Shown here piece by piece: positions 25,334 to 37,747 of a stretch of 55,084 nucleotides of DNA; the first letter of the stretch is position 1, and each line of letters begins with the position of its first letter. The notes under the pieces were generated by a model that saw only the letters and a program-made list of their open reading frames with translations, made no database searches and had not been told where the DNA came from. This DNA comes from Octopus bimaculoides (Eukaryota). The position numbers were made by a program, and so were the translations under genes. The stretch covers positions 60,758,940-60,814,023 of the forward strand of contig NC_068987.1 of the NCBI RefSeq assembly GCF_001194135.2, written 5' to 3'.

Positions 25334-26159
25334 ATAGTCATATTGTATAATATATATGTATGTACATGCATTCACATGCAAAAGTGAAATGGTTGAGAAG
25401 ATATATGGCTATGAGCTCAAGGATCATCAGTTCAAATTTGTTGCCTGAAAGTTAGGCAGAACACCTTAATTTGACATGGTTTTACCAAAGATAAATAGAT
25501 AGAGCAGCAATTAAGCAAGTGAGAATGAGTCTACCATCCCTTCAGATAGAATACCAGTCTGTTACAGGTAACATTCCCATAATATATGATATCATATTCT
25601 TCTGAAATTGTGGGCCTGAATCATGGAATTAAGAAACCTTTGGGTTATAGACTTTGTCCATTATTTGCTTTAACCATTTAGCATTTAAACTAGCCATTTT
25701 CCAACCCAAACATTCCACATGTTATATGTTCAAACTGGCCAGCTACAGCCTTTCACACCTACCCTACAATCTTATTCTAAAAATAAATAACCACATCTTC
25801 AATATCTTGAAGCTACAAGGTAATACATGATTAATTCAAAACAGTGTGATAAGCTTTGCATTTGACTATGTAATCTGAATGTTAAAGTGTTAAATTAATT
25901 CCTTTTACAAATGGTACAATAAATATTTAATAAGGTTTAGCACTTCTGTAGCTACATTCCTGTTGAAATACACTGTCTTTTTATTTCAATTAATTAATTA
26001 GAATTCTATATGTTTTATGTTCAAACTGGCCAGATACAGCCTTTCACACCTACCCTATGATAGAACCTATGACGTAATGCATGATAAATTCATAACAACA
26101 TGAATAAATAAACATTACATCCAATATAGTACAGTAATCTGAATGTTAAAGGGTTAACA

Positions 26160-26680
26160 CCCCTGTCTGGCCCATGGATGTCTTTAGCAAAGCCAGTCTA
26201 TTGCAAGGATTTAGGGTAGGTCTGAGGATAACTTCTACCACCAATTTCGAATGTCCTGATAAAAAGACATGGGGTATTTACTCTTCCACTCCCGACTAAG
26301 CTATGAAAAAATAAATGCCTGAAACAGATATGAACTCTCAAGTTATGGGTTAGTAATTTATAGCCTTATCAGTTCTACCATTTAACATATATTCTGAAAG
26401 TTATTTGTAAAATGATTGTCTTAGTAAAAGAGATAAGCTCATGAGTAGAAATGTGGGTATGAGATCTAGGTCTAGCAATGTTGTCCACTACAGAAATAGG
26501 CTAATGTTATATCCAAGAAGAGATTAGTATCTCTTCTGTTTATTCTAAGGATTAGGGAGTTATTGAAAGGAGGATTGAAGTACTTTGTGATATTACCCTT
26601 GACCACAACTCTACCCCCAAACATTTTGGATCCAAGATGGACTTCAAACCACCAGATATAAACAACCAAAATCTATGCAA
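26160..26680 (-). mobile_element. Possible highly decayed Penelope-like fragment
   Basis: Minus strand GNITKYFNPPFNNSL...LFLDITLAYF resembles the WFNPP(F/Y)S...FL.L...HF motif between RT and GIY-YIG (recalled). Confidence 0.4.
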
Positions 26681-26989
26681 TACTTAATCCTTCAGATAGA
26701 ATTAAGTGCATGCATGGATGACCAATAGGAAAAGAGATTTATGTATTAACAGTTCATCAAATAATTAGCTAATGCTCTTGAAGAGGTAAATGCACTCACA
26801 AGTTACAACTAGTTGAATCCAGATCACTTTTGTTAAAACTAGTAAAAGCTCTCAAGAAATGTATGGTTGCCATATAATTTCATTCCTTTTCCCTTCTAAG
26901 TTTTGTATTCTACTGAATTAAGATATTGATATTTATGCAACATAAAGGTCATGCACAGCTACTGTTTTTCTATGTTTATTTTATTTTAT

Positions 26990-27215
26990 ACCAGTTTGCA
27001 CCCATGTTGATAAGATCATGGTTTCAATTTCTGGATTTGGCAATACTTTGTGTTTTTGAGCCAAACACTTCATTTCACATTGCTCCAGTCCACTCAGCTG
27101 GTAAAATTGAGTAATCTTGTGATTGACTGGTGTCCTGCTCAGTGGCAAATATGTATACACCACAGAATCCAGGAAACTGGCCTTATGAGCCTATGGCTTG
27201 GGAAGGACCTTTGAT
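26990..27215 (+). mobile_element. SINE sharing the family D head/core but with a different 3' part
   Basis: TGTGTTTTTGAGCCAAACACTTCATTTCACATTGCTCCAGTCCACTCAGCTG matches 39705-39755, then diverges (GACTGGTGTCCTG...). Confidence 0.6.
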
Positions 27216-28314
27216 CCTTTTAAGGCTTTTCATTGCTTGTGTTATACTTATATCATAAGAGTTGCTAAATTATATTATATTATGTTGAGCAAGTTGAGTC
27301 CTAATAGTCACTACTAATGCTATATTACATACCAAAGTGTCACAATAGAATCTAAGCCAGACATGGCTATCATTTTTTGAGAAGTGAGCCTTGTGAGACA
27401 TGGTTCATCATTAGATGAGCCACACTACTACAAAAATTCAAGATAATTTCTTTAACATGTAATTCAAAAAGTTCCACTGGTCATAGTTTTCCCATGATTG
27501 ATCTGAGGAATCTAGTTTTGGTATTTGTCTCACTGTGTAGTTATACTAGTCATTAAGGTAATGTAATCGACTTAGCCCCTTCCCTGAATTTGCTAGCATC
27601 ATACCAAAATTTGAAGCCAATATTATACTGGTTATTACTATTGTTAAACTAGTAGTTGTTACTAGTCCTATCTGTTTCTGCATATGAGTACACACACACA
27701 TATGGTGTCACACAACCCATATTACGAAAGTAAATTAAATTATAACGCAAATGAAATTTAATATAACTTCCAAACAGATGCATGGTTTGCAAAGCACCAT
27801 GACTCTTTAAAACAACATGAAACTTCATACAGTCAGTGCAATCATATCTATTTTTCTTTATGCTCACTCGGGGTTTTGTTACAGAGATACACACCAAAAT
27901 TATCTTTGTATTTTGGGAGCTTACATAATATATACACACTAAAATTATCTTTGTATTTGGGAGGTTATATTGTATATACACACACACACACACACACACA
28001 CAAATGAAAACTGTCTTTGTTTTTTTTATGGGATATGTTATTTCGCAAGAATGCAGCACAGGCATGTTTCAGGGGGTGTTTGTTTTTTTGTTTTTTTGTC
28101 ACTGGAAATAATTTGCACATTACAACATTTTTACCTACAACAAAGTATTTAAAGAACTAAAAAAAAACATTGTTTATTAATTTCTCATACATAACATATT
28201 TTAGAAGTATGTAGTATTAAGAAAACAAACCAGGTTGAAGAGAACACATGTATCGGCATATACCTACATCTCACTCTCCCTTACCCTCACCCCACATATT
28301 TATATATGTGTATA

Positions 28315-28364
<50 letters not shown>

Positions 28365-29444
28365 ACATACACACATGTTAAATATCTTATTCACAGTGGT
28401 GCAACTACAAGTCCCTTAAGAGAACCTCCAGCTGTTTTCTGAAGGGATCTGATTTCATGTATATGTATATATACATATATGTGTGTGTGTGTGTTTTGTT
28501 TATCAGCATGTGTGTGTTTTTCTGCTTAGATGGAGAACAGGGTTACAAACATTACACATTTGTTTGTTAGGGAAGTCATGAAGTTATGTAAGCTTCTGTG
28601 CATTTATTCAGAAAGAATATAGAATTCTTTTTCTTTCATTTTTGGTTGTTTCTTTGAAATATTACTTTGTGTCTGTAATAGTTTATATATAAACTGTTAT
28701 GTCCCAGGTCAACAATAACTGAGCTGACCTGTGATTAAAGGTGCTCCAAGTATGACCATCCTACCTTTTATTGAAATAGTGTATCTTGTTCTACGTTATC
28801 AAATGTGTCTTATAGTTTATTTTAGGAAAGACAATTGATGAGTGAGATGCAGAGATGTGATTTAACCTTTTAGCATATAAGCAGGCTGTCTCTGACCCAA
28901 GTATTCTTACCTGTTTTATATTCTAAACAACCAGATCTGGCTACTTACACATGCCCTACAATGTCATTCTAAAAATAATCACATCATCGAAATAATAACA
29001 TCATCAATAATGCGTATTTAATTTAAAACAATGGGAATAAATATGCTTCATATTTGACAGAGTAATCTGAATGCTAAACTGTGAAGAATGATTTTGGCTG
29101 CTATTTTTAGCAGTTTCAGTGAGTCATATAGAGGCTTCATCTTTGGTTCTTCTATATATGCAAGTTTCTTTTTACAAGGTAGAGAGTCACTTTTAACAAA
29201 GCATGAAAGGGATACAGTATGGCAAACCAAAGTCATATGTCATCATTAGTTTTTGTTTTACCAACTTAACCCAAAATAATGAAAGACAAAACCAGGTAGG
29301 AGAAGGATTTGAACATAGAACAGTGAAACGTGAAACTAGACTCAATAAAGCAGCCAGTCAGGTACATTAATCTCTCAGCTACTTCTGTGTGTGTGTTGGT
29401 TTCTAAACATGTAAACCTGCCCCAAAAATAAAATCATCATCATC

Positions 29445-29810
29445 AAATATGGTTGTTTGGTAAGAAGATTGCTTCCCGACCACATAGTTCCAGGTTCAGT
29501 CTCACTGCATGGCACCTTGGGCAACTGTCTTCTGCTATAGCCTTGGGCTGACCAAAGCCTTGTAAGTGGATTTGGTAAAGAGAAACTGAAAGAATCCTGT
29601 GTGTGTGTCCGTGTTTGTCCCCCATCACCACTTGACAACCATTGTTGGTGTGTTTACATCCCCTGTAACTTTGCAGTTCAGCCAAAGAGACCAATAGAAT
29701 AAGTACAAGGCTTAAAAAAATGTCAGTTTGTTCAACTAAAGCAAAAGACGCTTCAAGAAGGTACTCCTGCATGACCATAATCAAATGACTGAAGCAAGTG
29801 AAAAGTAAAA
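29445..29810 (+). mobile_element. SINE family B copy
   Basis: Matches the family B consensus. Confidence 0.8.
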
Positions 29811-29819
29811 GACTTTGTA

Positions 29820-31110
29820 ATGTTCATATTCCAAGCTGGCATAGGTTGGATGGTTTGACGATCTGACAGAGCTAAGATCTACACTATACACCAGTATTAC
29901 ACCAGTATCTACTTTGGCATGCTTGCTACAGTTGGATGCCTTTCCTAATGCCATCCACTTTACAGAGTATACAGGGAGCTTTATTTGAGGCACCAACACT
30001 AGTGATGTGACTATGCAGCTACAGTAGTGAGGAAGATGGCTTTATGCTGGGAGATGAGAAGTTAAAGTATGAAAGAAGAGAACAGGTTTCTTGATGAAGA
30101 GGAGCCTCGTGGCTACTCACTTCTTAGAATGGTGGGTGGTATAGTAACCAGGCTGGAATGGTATTTTATCAGTATTGGTATTGAAATGTCAGTAGCAATG
30201 CTTTTGTCCATTAACAGCAAGGTAGACATCTAGATGTAAAAGACATGGTATCTCTCTCTCTCCGCTAGAATATGAATGCATTACAAATAAGACATGACAT
30301 CTGTCTCAACTAACCAAGCACTCATATATAAAGGACACAAAGTTTTGTATCACATGTCTTAAGTCTCTCTCTTATACTACCATAAAGTAATATTGGTCAT
30401 GATGGGCAGAAAGTGTCAACATTGTCCACTGACTTACTGTCACTTGTCAGATAACCATGTTATCAGTTACACTACAAAACACCTGTCACTTCTTGGCCTA
30501 TTAAATACTATAAGTAGCCTTTCTGTTATTTTTAATTTCATTACTCTAAGTTTTTGAGCCAGTTTGTTCGTTACATAGCTAAAGATAAATACATAACTGG
30601 TTTGAGTTTTGTTGGTGAGCCTCTTGGTGATTTTGGTTTCAAATTGGCACTAAAAATGTTTTATTTTAAAAATTTTAGTAATTAATTCATGACATAAACA
30701 ATTCTTCAGAAACACACACATATATATAAATAGATAGATAGATAGATAGATAGTGAAGATGCATAGCCTACTGGTTAGGGTTTTGCACATACAATTACAG
30801 GATGATTTCGATTCTCATATCAGTGGTGCATTGTATTCTTGAATAAAATCCTCTGCATGTCTATCCAGCAGAGTGGCTTCATTTGAAAGCTACAACAATG
30901 CAAAGAAGTGCATTGTGATTAGTGGCGTATAACCACACCTCATAGTTTGGTTGATATATACATCATCATCATCATCTTTTAATGTCTGTTTTCTATGCTG
31001 GCATGGGTTGGACTCGGGCTCCATTGTCTGTGCTGGCATGGTTTCTATAGATGGATATCCTTCCTAACATCACAGAGTGTACTGGGTGCTTTTTACATGG
31101 CACCATATAT
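29820..31110 (-). mobile_element. Region with two decayed antisense family C copies (about 29820-30000 and 30960-31110) and a decayed SINE D-like head (about 30753)
   Basis: CATGCTGGCATGGGTTGGA and ATGGATATCCTTCCTAAC motifs. Confidence 0.55.
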
Positions 31111-31678
31111 CTTTATATATATATATATATACACACACACACGTTTACATATTTACAGTAAATAGATGAAAGCAAAATAAGTTTAGTATTGATAACACAG
31201 TAGTGGTCTAATGGATGGGAACCTAAACTTCAATCACTTCATCCAAGGCCAGCACCTCTGCATTGAAAGTGAGCAATCCTTATTGACCTATCATGGAGGT
31301 AGTAAGGTGGATAAATAGAGGTTGGTTTGAGACATATATTTACATGGAATACAAAATACAAATTACAGAATAAAGAAAAAAAGGAAACAAAACAAAAATT
31401 ATGCAAAATCTTATCTCAACAGCTGTTTCAAGATTGCTTTAGCTATAACTTATGTAATAATCATGTTCATACATAATATGTGCATGCCATAGGTGTGTGT
31501 CCTGCAACAAGTTCAATGAGATTGTTAAAGTAAATTAAGTGTCACTTCTCAGGAGCAAGATACATTTTATATATATATATATATAATTTACTTGATTTGC
31601 TGTATTCTATTACACATCTGCACTCTATCATTCATTTTTTGGTCTTAACATCAAATTTACTATGTTATAAGGCAATTT

Positions 31679-31859
31679 CCAACTTAAGTTGGAGGTTGTG
31701 TTAGAACACAAAGTACTACGTTATTTACATTGAGAGGACCTCACATATGGCCACCATTGGCCATAGCAGACAATTCTTGTCTATCAAAAGTATCAGAAGT
31801 CCTTTCAATGTAAATAATGCAGTATTCTCTGTACTAACACAACCTCAACATTAAGTTGG
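31679..31859. mobile_element. Fold-back MITE with about 62-bp inverted arms
   Basis: CCAACTTAAGTTGGAGGTTGTGTTAG...TTATTTACATTGAGAGGAC pairs with GTCCTTTCAATGTAAATAA...CTAACACAACCTCAACATTAAGTTGG. Confidence 0.8.
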
Positions 31860-33637
31860 TTACAAAGATTGCTTTTTGATATTAATATTATTTCTGTCAC
31901 TATCAGTTATTTACAATATCATACTTTATTTTCAATCAACAAGCTTTATAAAAGCTACAAATGTATAAGCCAAAATACGCTTAAACTCCATATCATTCTA
32001 TTAAACTAAACAATATTGCTGTTAATATACGATGTTAGTTGCAGTAAAATAAGTGTATAAGATATACATTGATTCTTTGGTAAAGCTCTTTCATTCCATC
32101 CAGTCTAATTAATTTTCATTGATCTTTAAATATTTTAAGTTTTTTTACCATTTATTTCAAATGTTCTTTTCATACCTTACACTTTTAAATGTACAACTTC
32201 TAAAATTGTTTTAAATTTGGACATCAGTACATGTGTGTTATTAATTATCTTCTGATATTGATATCTTTTATTATCATTCAATATTAAGAATACATACCTG
32301 GTAATTTTGATTGACTATAGATAATGATATATGTAAAAAATATTTTTTGTTTTGTTTTGGTGGGTTTTTTTTCTCCTAATTTTATAAATTGCTACTCAAT
32401 ACATTATTTCTATTAGTCTTAGCAGAAATGAAAATAACAAAAAGAAAGTAATAATGTTCAATTTAAGCATATATTTATATATAAGAGTAGTATAAAATAT
32501 GGATTCAAAGAATCTCCTTTGTAGTATATAATGCATTGGATCAAATTCTCTCATTCCATTATTACACTAATTATCTAATGATCTAAATATGTCTTTTAGC
32601 ATACCAGTCTCTCATAACCATTATATATATATATATAATCATGTATGTGTGTGTAAAGTTATTACTATTGCCAGTGAAAGCAGAATTCTACTCTAATTAT
32701 TTTTCTTTCATTTAATACTTAGTAATTTAGTATAATACTCTGATAAGTGAAGCTCTTGATAAAATTTTATCAAATTTTGCACTCTTTCCATTTTTAAAGA
32801 AGAAAAAAAGGAAAAAAATTTTTTTGTAACTGACCACTCCACTTCTGAAAAGCTTGTCATAAAAATGATGGAACTATGGTTATTGTATTTTTATAAATTA
32901 ACTAGAGGAGGAACAGGGCTCATTATCTTTGCAGTAGTCCCCACCTCCATGGTTCAAGAGATTAGTGCAGCTAACGCTTAGCATGAATCTATGCAGTAAA
33001 GGCACATGTAGATGAGAAAATTTCAGAAGGTTATTGTCTAGTGGTGAGACAGAGCAAGGGTGATAGATGGAGAGGATATGCAGCTGACTAGTTCGAAAGT
33101 AATCATAGTGACAGAAGCAGCAAAGAAAAGAGTAGTCTGTGAGCCAGTTATTTTAGTGTATCGGTGAGTGAATATTTGCCAGTCAGTTCTAGTGGTTCCC
33201 CTAACAAAATACCAGGTGTTCTCATCAAATGTGACATATTTTGGCAAAGTCTAGATGCTTTATTAATGAGATACCAAAGTACTTTTTTTTCTTTTTACAT
33301 CACAGTGTTGAACAAGTTTGAAAATAATGGAAGCCATCTAAATTTGAATAACACTTTAGCATTTGAACTAGCCATATCCAACCAAAATATTCTATGTTTT
33401 ATGTTCAAAATGGTTTCATTTGGCTTCTTACTCCTACACGACAATGTCATTCTAAAAATAAACAATCACATCATCAAAATCTCAAAACTATGAAATAATA
33501 CATGATTAATTCAAAATAATCTGATAGCTAAAAAGATAAAGATGTCAACTTTTGTCTACCACCTCCACCCTCAATCCTTGTAGGTTGCCATCCTAAATAA
33601 GAAATACAGTTAGATGGCCTTATGTTGGGGATGTGAG

Positions 33638-34150
33638 TTTTTCTTTTTATATGTTTCAGCCCTAAGGCTGTGGTCATACTGGAGCACAGCCAGTGTAATC
33701 ACCATTTAATTGGCCAACCCTATATGATTGGCTTTTGGTGAAGGTATGAGTTCGATACTACTGCCCTCTTTTGAGTTTCCTGCCTTGATATTGGTTCATC
33801 TGGGATTTTGGATAGGAAGAGGTCAAGTTGTCTCTTAAAAAAATCTACCCCAACTCCATGGAGATCTCTCAGATGTTTTGGCAAGGCCATGGGCCCTTGA
33901 ATCTCAAGCTATTGCAGTACATGTTACTCACCTTAGATGAGACAGCTGGGACCTTTGGCACATTGCAGTGACATCGACTTTGAGGTCTGGTATAACTCTC
34001 AGTTCCAAAGTTTGATGCCAGCCCCTCCAGTATCTTCCACACATATATCACTGCATACGTCTCCCATCTTCACTCCAGAGAGTAGAGTCGTAGCTCTTAT
34101 CTGTTTGCATAGCAGCAACTCTATCCCATATATGGGAGCAGTACCCTAGA
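33638..34150 (-). mobile_element. CR1-clade LINE 3' end (C-terminal coding region plus 3' UTR)
   Basis: Minus strand SLE*RWETYAVIYVWKILEGLASNFG...YCNSLRFKGP...LRDLHG...FKRQLDLFLSKIPDEP, ending CAGCCTTAGGGCTGAAACATATAAAAAG. Confidence 0.85.
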
Positions 34151-34304
34151 ATGGGTTTTATTTGAGCTATATAGAGGATCTATGACTGATTGAACCCAAA
34201 CTATGCCCGGTCCCTAAAGAGGTAAGTTTGGGCAATGTTATATAGATATAGAGTCCAGATTGTGATCTTAAATGATTGTAGGATGCTTTCATATATACAT
34301 CATC

Positions 34305-34540
34305 AAACATCCATTTTCCATGCCGGCACAGGTTGGATGGTTTGACCGAGGACTGGAAAGCCAGGGTGTAGTACCAGGCTCCAATCTGATCTGGCATGGT
34401 TTCTACAGCTGGATGCCAACCACTCCAAGCATGTAGTGGGTGCTCTTTACAAGCCACCAGCATGGGAGCCAGTCAGGTGGCACTGGCATCGACCCATGCC
34501 TGAAAGGTGTTTACTACGTGCCAGTCAGGTGGCACTGTCA
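34305..34540 (-). mobile_element. Family C (RTE tail) copy
   Basis: Reverse complement of the family C consensus, with repeated GCCAGTCAGGTGGCACT units. Confidence 0.75.
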
Positions 34541-35072
34541 TTGGCCATGACTACGATTTCACTTGCCTCAACAGGTTTTCTCAAGCACAGCATATTGCCC
34601 GACAATTCAAGAGTACTTTTAAATGGGCTGATTATACGACACTGGTATCAGCCACAACTGCAATCTCACTTTACTTGCTGGGTAACATAATACATCTATC
34701 AAGGGAATTTTCTTGGACAAAAACTGCAGCTCATGACATTTTAACATAACAGATATAGCTGTTTAGATCTGATTTAACATAACAGATATGGTTGTTTAGA
34801 TCTACCCTGTAGTATTTTTTTTTTTTACCCAAGTTATCTAGATACACCCTTTTTACTCTCACCAATGTAAATGTAGTGAAACGCTTAGGTACTGCTGGAA
34901 ATTTGTAACCAACAATGATGTGCACAAAATTTTACAAATTTTTTTCATTGATGCTTTATATTATAGGTATTCTGTAGGAATATATATATACACACATACA
35001 TATATCATCAGTAAATCATAAATCTGAAAAAGAAGCCTATTCTAAGTTATAGAGCAGTAGAGTACATAGATA

Positions 35073-35245
35073 AAGATAGATATGGCCAGTCTATGGTAAT
35101 ACCCTGAGTTTCATGTCCATAAAGTGCTTAGCTTTGGAGCATTTCTTCAGATGCATAGGCCTAGGATCTGAAGAAATACTGTAAAGCTAAGCGCTCTGTG
35201 GACATAAAATCCAGGGTAACCCCATAGGCTGGCCATATCTATCTT
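35073..35245. repeat. 173-bp fold-back (80-bp arms, 13-nt loop)
   Basis: 35073-35152 versus the reverse complement of 35166-35245: 67/80 identical, ungapped (counted by hand). Confidence 0.95.
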
Positions 35246-36471
35246 GATATATATATGACTACTTGCAAGTTGTTGCTCAGTATGCTAACATGTGGATACA
35301 TGTGCATATTTTCTAGTTATTGCATACATAAATCAGTAAACATAGAATCTAAAGGTGATTTAGCTAAGTATGATTCAGTTAACTACCTCATCATCCACTT
35401 TTCATGTTGTCATGGATTGGACATCATTCATCATTCTCTTAGAAATTTGCTGTCACATACCACTCTGCAAGAAATCGTTATTTATTTCTTTTGTTGTAAA
35501 TTGTATATTTTATATATATATATTATAAATCAAATCTTGAGGTTATGGTTTTTTTTTTTTTTCTAAATAAGAATTTTATTAATTCTTCCTCTTTATTCAG
35601 CAGGACACCTATATGCAAAAAATGACTGCAAGTGATGTATTTATTAATATTTTATCAATGCAATTTTTTATTATTATTTTTATCGTCATTACTATTATTA
35701 TCATTATCATCATCAGTATTATTATTATTATTATCGTTATTATTTGTGTTGTCCAACTTGTTGGCAATTTTTATAAATACTGAAAATGAAGGCAACAAAA
35801 AAATTTACAGTTTCAATGTTGTTTATATTGTGCTATGCAGGAATATATATATATATATACACACACACAAGTGAACTTTTCATATATGATACTATTCAGC
35901 ATTTCTTCTGTTTTTAGAGACTTTGTGAAAAACAATAGTAGCTACTATGAATGCTTCAATTTTGAAAGTATCTATGTTGTATTCAAATTTAGGTTAGCAT
36001 TAAATTTTTTGTTTGTAGAAATTACCAGTACATTAATACAATNNNNNNNNNNTACAATTTGCATATGATTTAATTTTGTTTAAAAAAAAAATGGTTTTGA
36101 GCAATTTCTATAAAGAAACCAAAACATAAAAATACTGGCAATTATCTTCAGAAGAAAAAAAAAATCAAATTCCTTACAAAGTCAACAATTTTGTACCTGC
36201 CTTTCAGTTTCCTGTTATGCAGTTGCTTCTTCCCAAACTAGCATGTTATATTACAAAATTTACTCTTATCAAAGATCACCACTAGCCTCCTCAAATTCTG
36301 GTGTTTATTTGTGATATAGTGAAGTTTTAAGACTAGTATTGTATCTCTAATTTCTATCTACCCACCATTTAACCAAAATCTCTCATCTTCTGTCTTTGTT
36401 GGTGTCATCCTTTTGAGTCTCCGTATGGTATTGTTTTGTCATGTGATGTTGCTTGTTTGTTGTTGTTGCAG

Positions 36472-36632
36472 TGACATCTGTCTTCATGATGCTATCGACG
36501 CTCGCAAACACAACTAGCCCGATTCTGTTGCTGTTGAGTGCTATTACCATCATCTCCCCTAGCTGTTACTTTTACTGGGCGGTCAGCAAAGAAGGCCGCA
36601 CCAAGGAAGGACAGGGCTATCACCGATTCCAG
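36472..36632 (+). CDS. TP53I11: TP53I11-like coding exon (161 nt, phase 1 to 0), last TM helix and basic tail
   Basis: Acceptor TTGTTGTTGCAG and donor CAG|GTACAG. Translates (V)TSVFMMLSTLANTTSPILLLLSAITIISPSCYFYWAVSKEGRTKEGQGYHRFQ. The ILLLL..YFYW..basic pattern matches human [28 protein letters not shown] (recalled). Phase fits across a 24.7 kb intron. Confidence 0.85.
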
Positions 36633-37348
36633 GTACAGTATAAGAACCCCTCATTAAGCCACCATCTTCTGCACTATAGCTCTTTCAGTTTGTTTTTTTT
36701 TGTTTTTTTTTTGTTTTTTTACCCAGCATGCTGTATCTGCATTCCTTGATTTTTCTCACCAAACTTACTTTGGAAGGTTTTTAGCATTTATGTACCAACT
36801 CCTTATTATCTCAAGGTGTTCTCCTCAAATACCTTGTGAAGTTTTTGAGTATAATATTATTAATTAAATGGTGAAATGTATCTTAATCAACAACGAAAAT
36901 TAAGCCATTCTGAAGTCAAGTCAGCCAGTTCCTAGCTCAAGGTTCAACCAAATGTATCCTTTAAAAGGCATTACACTATATATTGCTAATCAGGTAGAAA
37001 TCATATCACTCATATCTAATTAATTAGATGTATACTTTTGTATCTATGAAACTCTATAGCCATATATGTCATTGTCTTGTTTAAATGATGAATTTATACT
37101 CTTATAAACACATAATTCTAAACATTAAAACATTAATCAAGCTTTATTGCCTTGTAGCTTCATACTTCCATTTCTATCACATAAATTAAGGAATGTTCTC
37201 ATTAAAAATCATTGGAAATGTTTTTATTATCTCCATCTTTATATTAGTTTTATCAATCTTCATTAACAAGCTGATAACCATTATTCTAAAACTAATCTAG
37301 ATATCTAGGTTTCTTAGATCTTGAAAACACTTCTTAAAAATTTAGCAT

Positions 37349-37511
37349 AGGTGCAGAAGTGGCTGTATGGTAAGTGGCTTGCTTACCAACCACATAGTCC
37401 CAGCTTCAGTCCCACTGCGTGGCACCTTGGGCAAGTGCCTTTTACTATAGCCTTGGGCTGACCAAACCCTTGTGAGTGGATTTGGTAGACGGAATCTGAA
37501 AGAAACCTGTC

Positions 37512-37555
<44 letters not shown>

Positions 37556-37747
37556 ATGTTTGTGTGTCTGTGTTTGTCCCCAACCATCGCTTGACTACCA
37601 ATGTTGGTGTGTTTACATCCCTGTAACTTAACAGTTCAGCAAAAAAGACCGTTAGAATAAGTACTAGACTTACAAAGAATAAGTCCTGGGGTCGATTTGT
37701 TTGGCTAAAAGTGGTGCTCCAGCAAATGACTGAAACAAATAAAAGAA
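37349..37747 (+). mobile_element. SINE family B copy
   Basis: Full head, internal (TA)n(TG)n and tail. Confidence 0.88.

Noticed and set aside
27890-27990. Small tandem duplications (about 49 bp here; about 32 bp at 34738-34803)
   Set aside because: Ordinary slippage duplications with no further structure.
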